A stretch of DNA of 64,000 bases from Aureliella sp. (GTDB lineage Bacteria > Planctomycetota > Planctomycetia > Pirellulales > Pirellulaceae), in contig OY829846.1 in assembly GCA_963691875.1 (NCBI GenBank), positions 1,280,001 through 1,344,000 of the forward strand, written 5' to 3'. Position numbers and translations under genes: made by a program. The number at the start of each line of letters is the position of its first letter. Position 1 is the stretch's first letter. Of this stretch, positions 62,416-64,000 are shown one piece after another. The notes below the pieces were generated by a model. That model saw only the letters and a list, made by a program, of their open reading frames with translations, searched no databases and was not told the DNA's origin.

Positions 62416-64000
62416 CTACTTCCCAACCACAGTGACCGGTGCAATCTTCTCTAATCCTTCCTTCAGTTTTGCAGCTGGACCAACCACGACAATCACCAAG
62501 CTATCTGGATCAACATGTGTTTGGGCAACTTGCAGGCACTTCTCAGCGGTGGTCGATCCTACGGCTGAAAGCAATTGCTGCGTGAAGTCATCTGGCAAGC
62601 CAAGCACGCGGTAAGACCAGAGCTCGCTGGCGACTTGCTGCGACGTTTCGCGGCTCGCTGGGAACGAGCCGGTGAAGTACGAAACTGTGTTGCCCAGCTC
62701 TTTTTTGGATGGTGGCTCGGCTCGCAACCGAATCACTTCCTCCACGATCGCCGCAACTGCTTCGACGGTTGTTGCATTTTTGCTGAAAGTGCTGACAGTG
62801 AAACGTCCAGCTTGCTTCGCGGCGGCGAACCCACCACGAGCGCCATAAGTTAGACCTTTCTCAACGCGAATCGTTTCGTTCAATCGCGAACTAAACGCTC
62901 CACCGAAGTAACCACTGACAACGCGACTTGCAAAGTAGTCGGAACAATCGTGCTTGATAGACAAATGCCCCGCACGAATTTCGCTCTGAACTCCGTTGTT
63001 GTTAACCAAGAAAATGCGAGTCGGTTTCTTAGCCGGAAAGGGTGGTAGGTCTCGCTGCGGCAATTCACCTTCGGCTTGCCACTCGATGAGATATTTCTTG
63101 GCAAGACTACCGGCTGTTGCCAAGTCGATGTCGCCAGCAAACACCAGTGTTGCGTTGTCCGGACGAGCGTTTGTCTTCCACCATTTGCGGGCATCCTCCA
63201 CCGTCAGCTTCGCAATGTCTTCCACCTCACCTGAGACATTTCGCGAATAGGGGTGATTGCCGTAGAGTTTGCGACGGAATTCCAAATCGGCAATGTAGGA
63301 AGGCTCTTTGGAGCTAATCGCTAGTCCCGTGGTGGTCTGCTTCTTGAGTTTCTTGAACTCCTCCTCCGGCATCGTACTGTTCAGCACGACGTCGCCAAGT
63401 AGGCGAATACCGCGATCTAATTGTTCAGGCAAACAGCCGAGGCTGACACTTGAGGAATCCATACTTGCCGATCCACCGAGAGAAATCGCATAGCTTTCGA
63501 GCTCTTCCGTCAGCGACTTCTCATCTTGATTTGATGTTCCTTTCGTCAGCATGGAAAGCGCTATCGCTGCGGAGCCGGGCTTCTCTTCGTTCCACGCTCC
63601 GGCCATCATTCCTAGCTGAACGTTGACGTAAGGTATCTCGTGGTTTTCTACGACGAGAATGGTCAGGCCATTGTCGAGCTTGAGAGTCTTGTACTCGCTC
63701 TCCGCTTCAAACTTGAGCGGCCCAGCGATCGGCGAAGTCGCCAGTCGATTGTCAGGACGTTTCACTCCGGGTCTTCCCGGCGGTGGAGCTTGGGTCTCTT
63801 TTTCTCCAGTGATCGGAGCATCCTCAACATCATTCTTCATGCCCAGCATGCTGCCAAGAGTGCCAAAGAGGTTCGCTTTTACTTGGCCAGTGATGGCATG
63901 GTCCAAGTTCATGTACTGAGTTGCGACACGTTGAATGTCATCTTTGGTCACAGAACGAATTCGTTCGAGACGAGTGTTGACCCTGGCGACGTCGCCTTCC
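62416..64000 (-). CDS. M16 (pitrilysin-family) peptidase, C-terminal half; start lies beyond the window
   Basis: LDNGLTILV, HPY, FSSRLNETIRVEKGLTYG. Confidence 0.9.
   Translation of the reverse strand, partial: EGDVARVNTRLERIRSVTKDDIQRVATQYMNLDHAITGQVKANLFGTLGSMLGMKNDVEDAPITGEKETQAPPPGRPGVKRPDNRLATSPIAGPLKFEAESEYKTLKLDNGLTILVVENHEIPYVNVQLGMMAGAWNEEKPGSAAIALSMLTKGTSNQDEKSLTEELESYAISLGGSASMDSSSVSLGCLPEQLDRGIRLLGDVVLNSTMPEEEFKKLKKQTTTGLAISSKEPSYIADLEFRRKLYGNHPYSRNVSGEVEDIAKLTVEDARKWWKTNARPDNATLVFAGDIDLATAGSLAKKYLIEWQAEGELPQRDLPPFPAKKPTRIFLVNNNGVQSEIRAGHLSIKHDCSDYFASRVVSGYFGGAFSSRLNETIRVEKGLTYGARGGFAAAKQAGRFTVSTFSKNATTVEAVAAIVEEVIRLRAEPPSKKELGNTVSYFTGSFPASRETSQQVASELWSYRVLGLPDDFTQQLLSAVGSTTAEKCLQVAQTHVDPDSLVIVVVGPAAKLKEGLEKIAPVTVVGK

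Overview
Chromosomal window from a planctomycete (Pirellulaceae-like). The call rests on three PSD/DUF1501/DUF1552 modules, a PEP-CTERM protein and a planctomycete-type integrase N-terminus. Most of it is housekeeping or metabolic: sufS-sufE fusion, fabZ, ychF, trxB, asnS, a hydroxyproline catabolic operon with a POT peptide transporter, an L-galactonate/tagaturonate (uxaE) operon, an M16 peptidase and three tRNAs. Four things stand out. (1) A thioredoxin-fold selenoprotein that the ORF track splits at an in-frame UGA (PG-U-AG-C), with a GGUC-loop SECIS-like hairpin right after it (61403-62176, minus). (2) A minimal type VII secretion-like operon: WXG100-like helical proteins plus an EccC/EssC-like ATPase, in a diderm (11451-16662). 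(3) A 5.3 kb decayed prophage in tRNA-Leu(GAG) that duplicates the 5' half of the tRNA and carries six helically phased TGGTTCCGG repeats and an integrase/nucleotidase chimera. (4) Two paralogous small helical-hairpin proteins, one before each tRNA 5' segment. Several nonsense-disrupted pseudogenes are also present. All calls come from reading the sequence by eye; no database searches were run.
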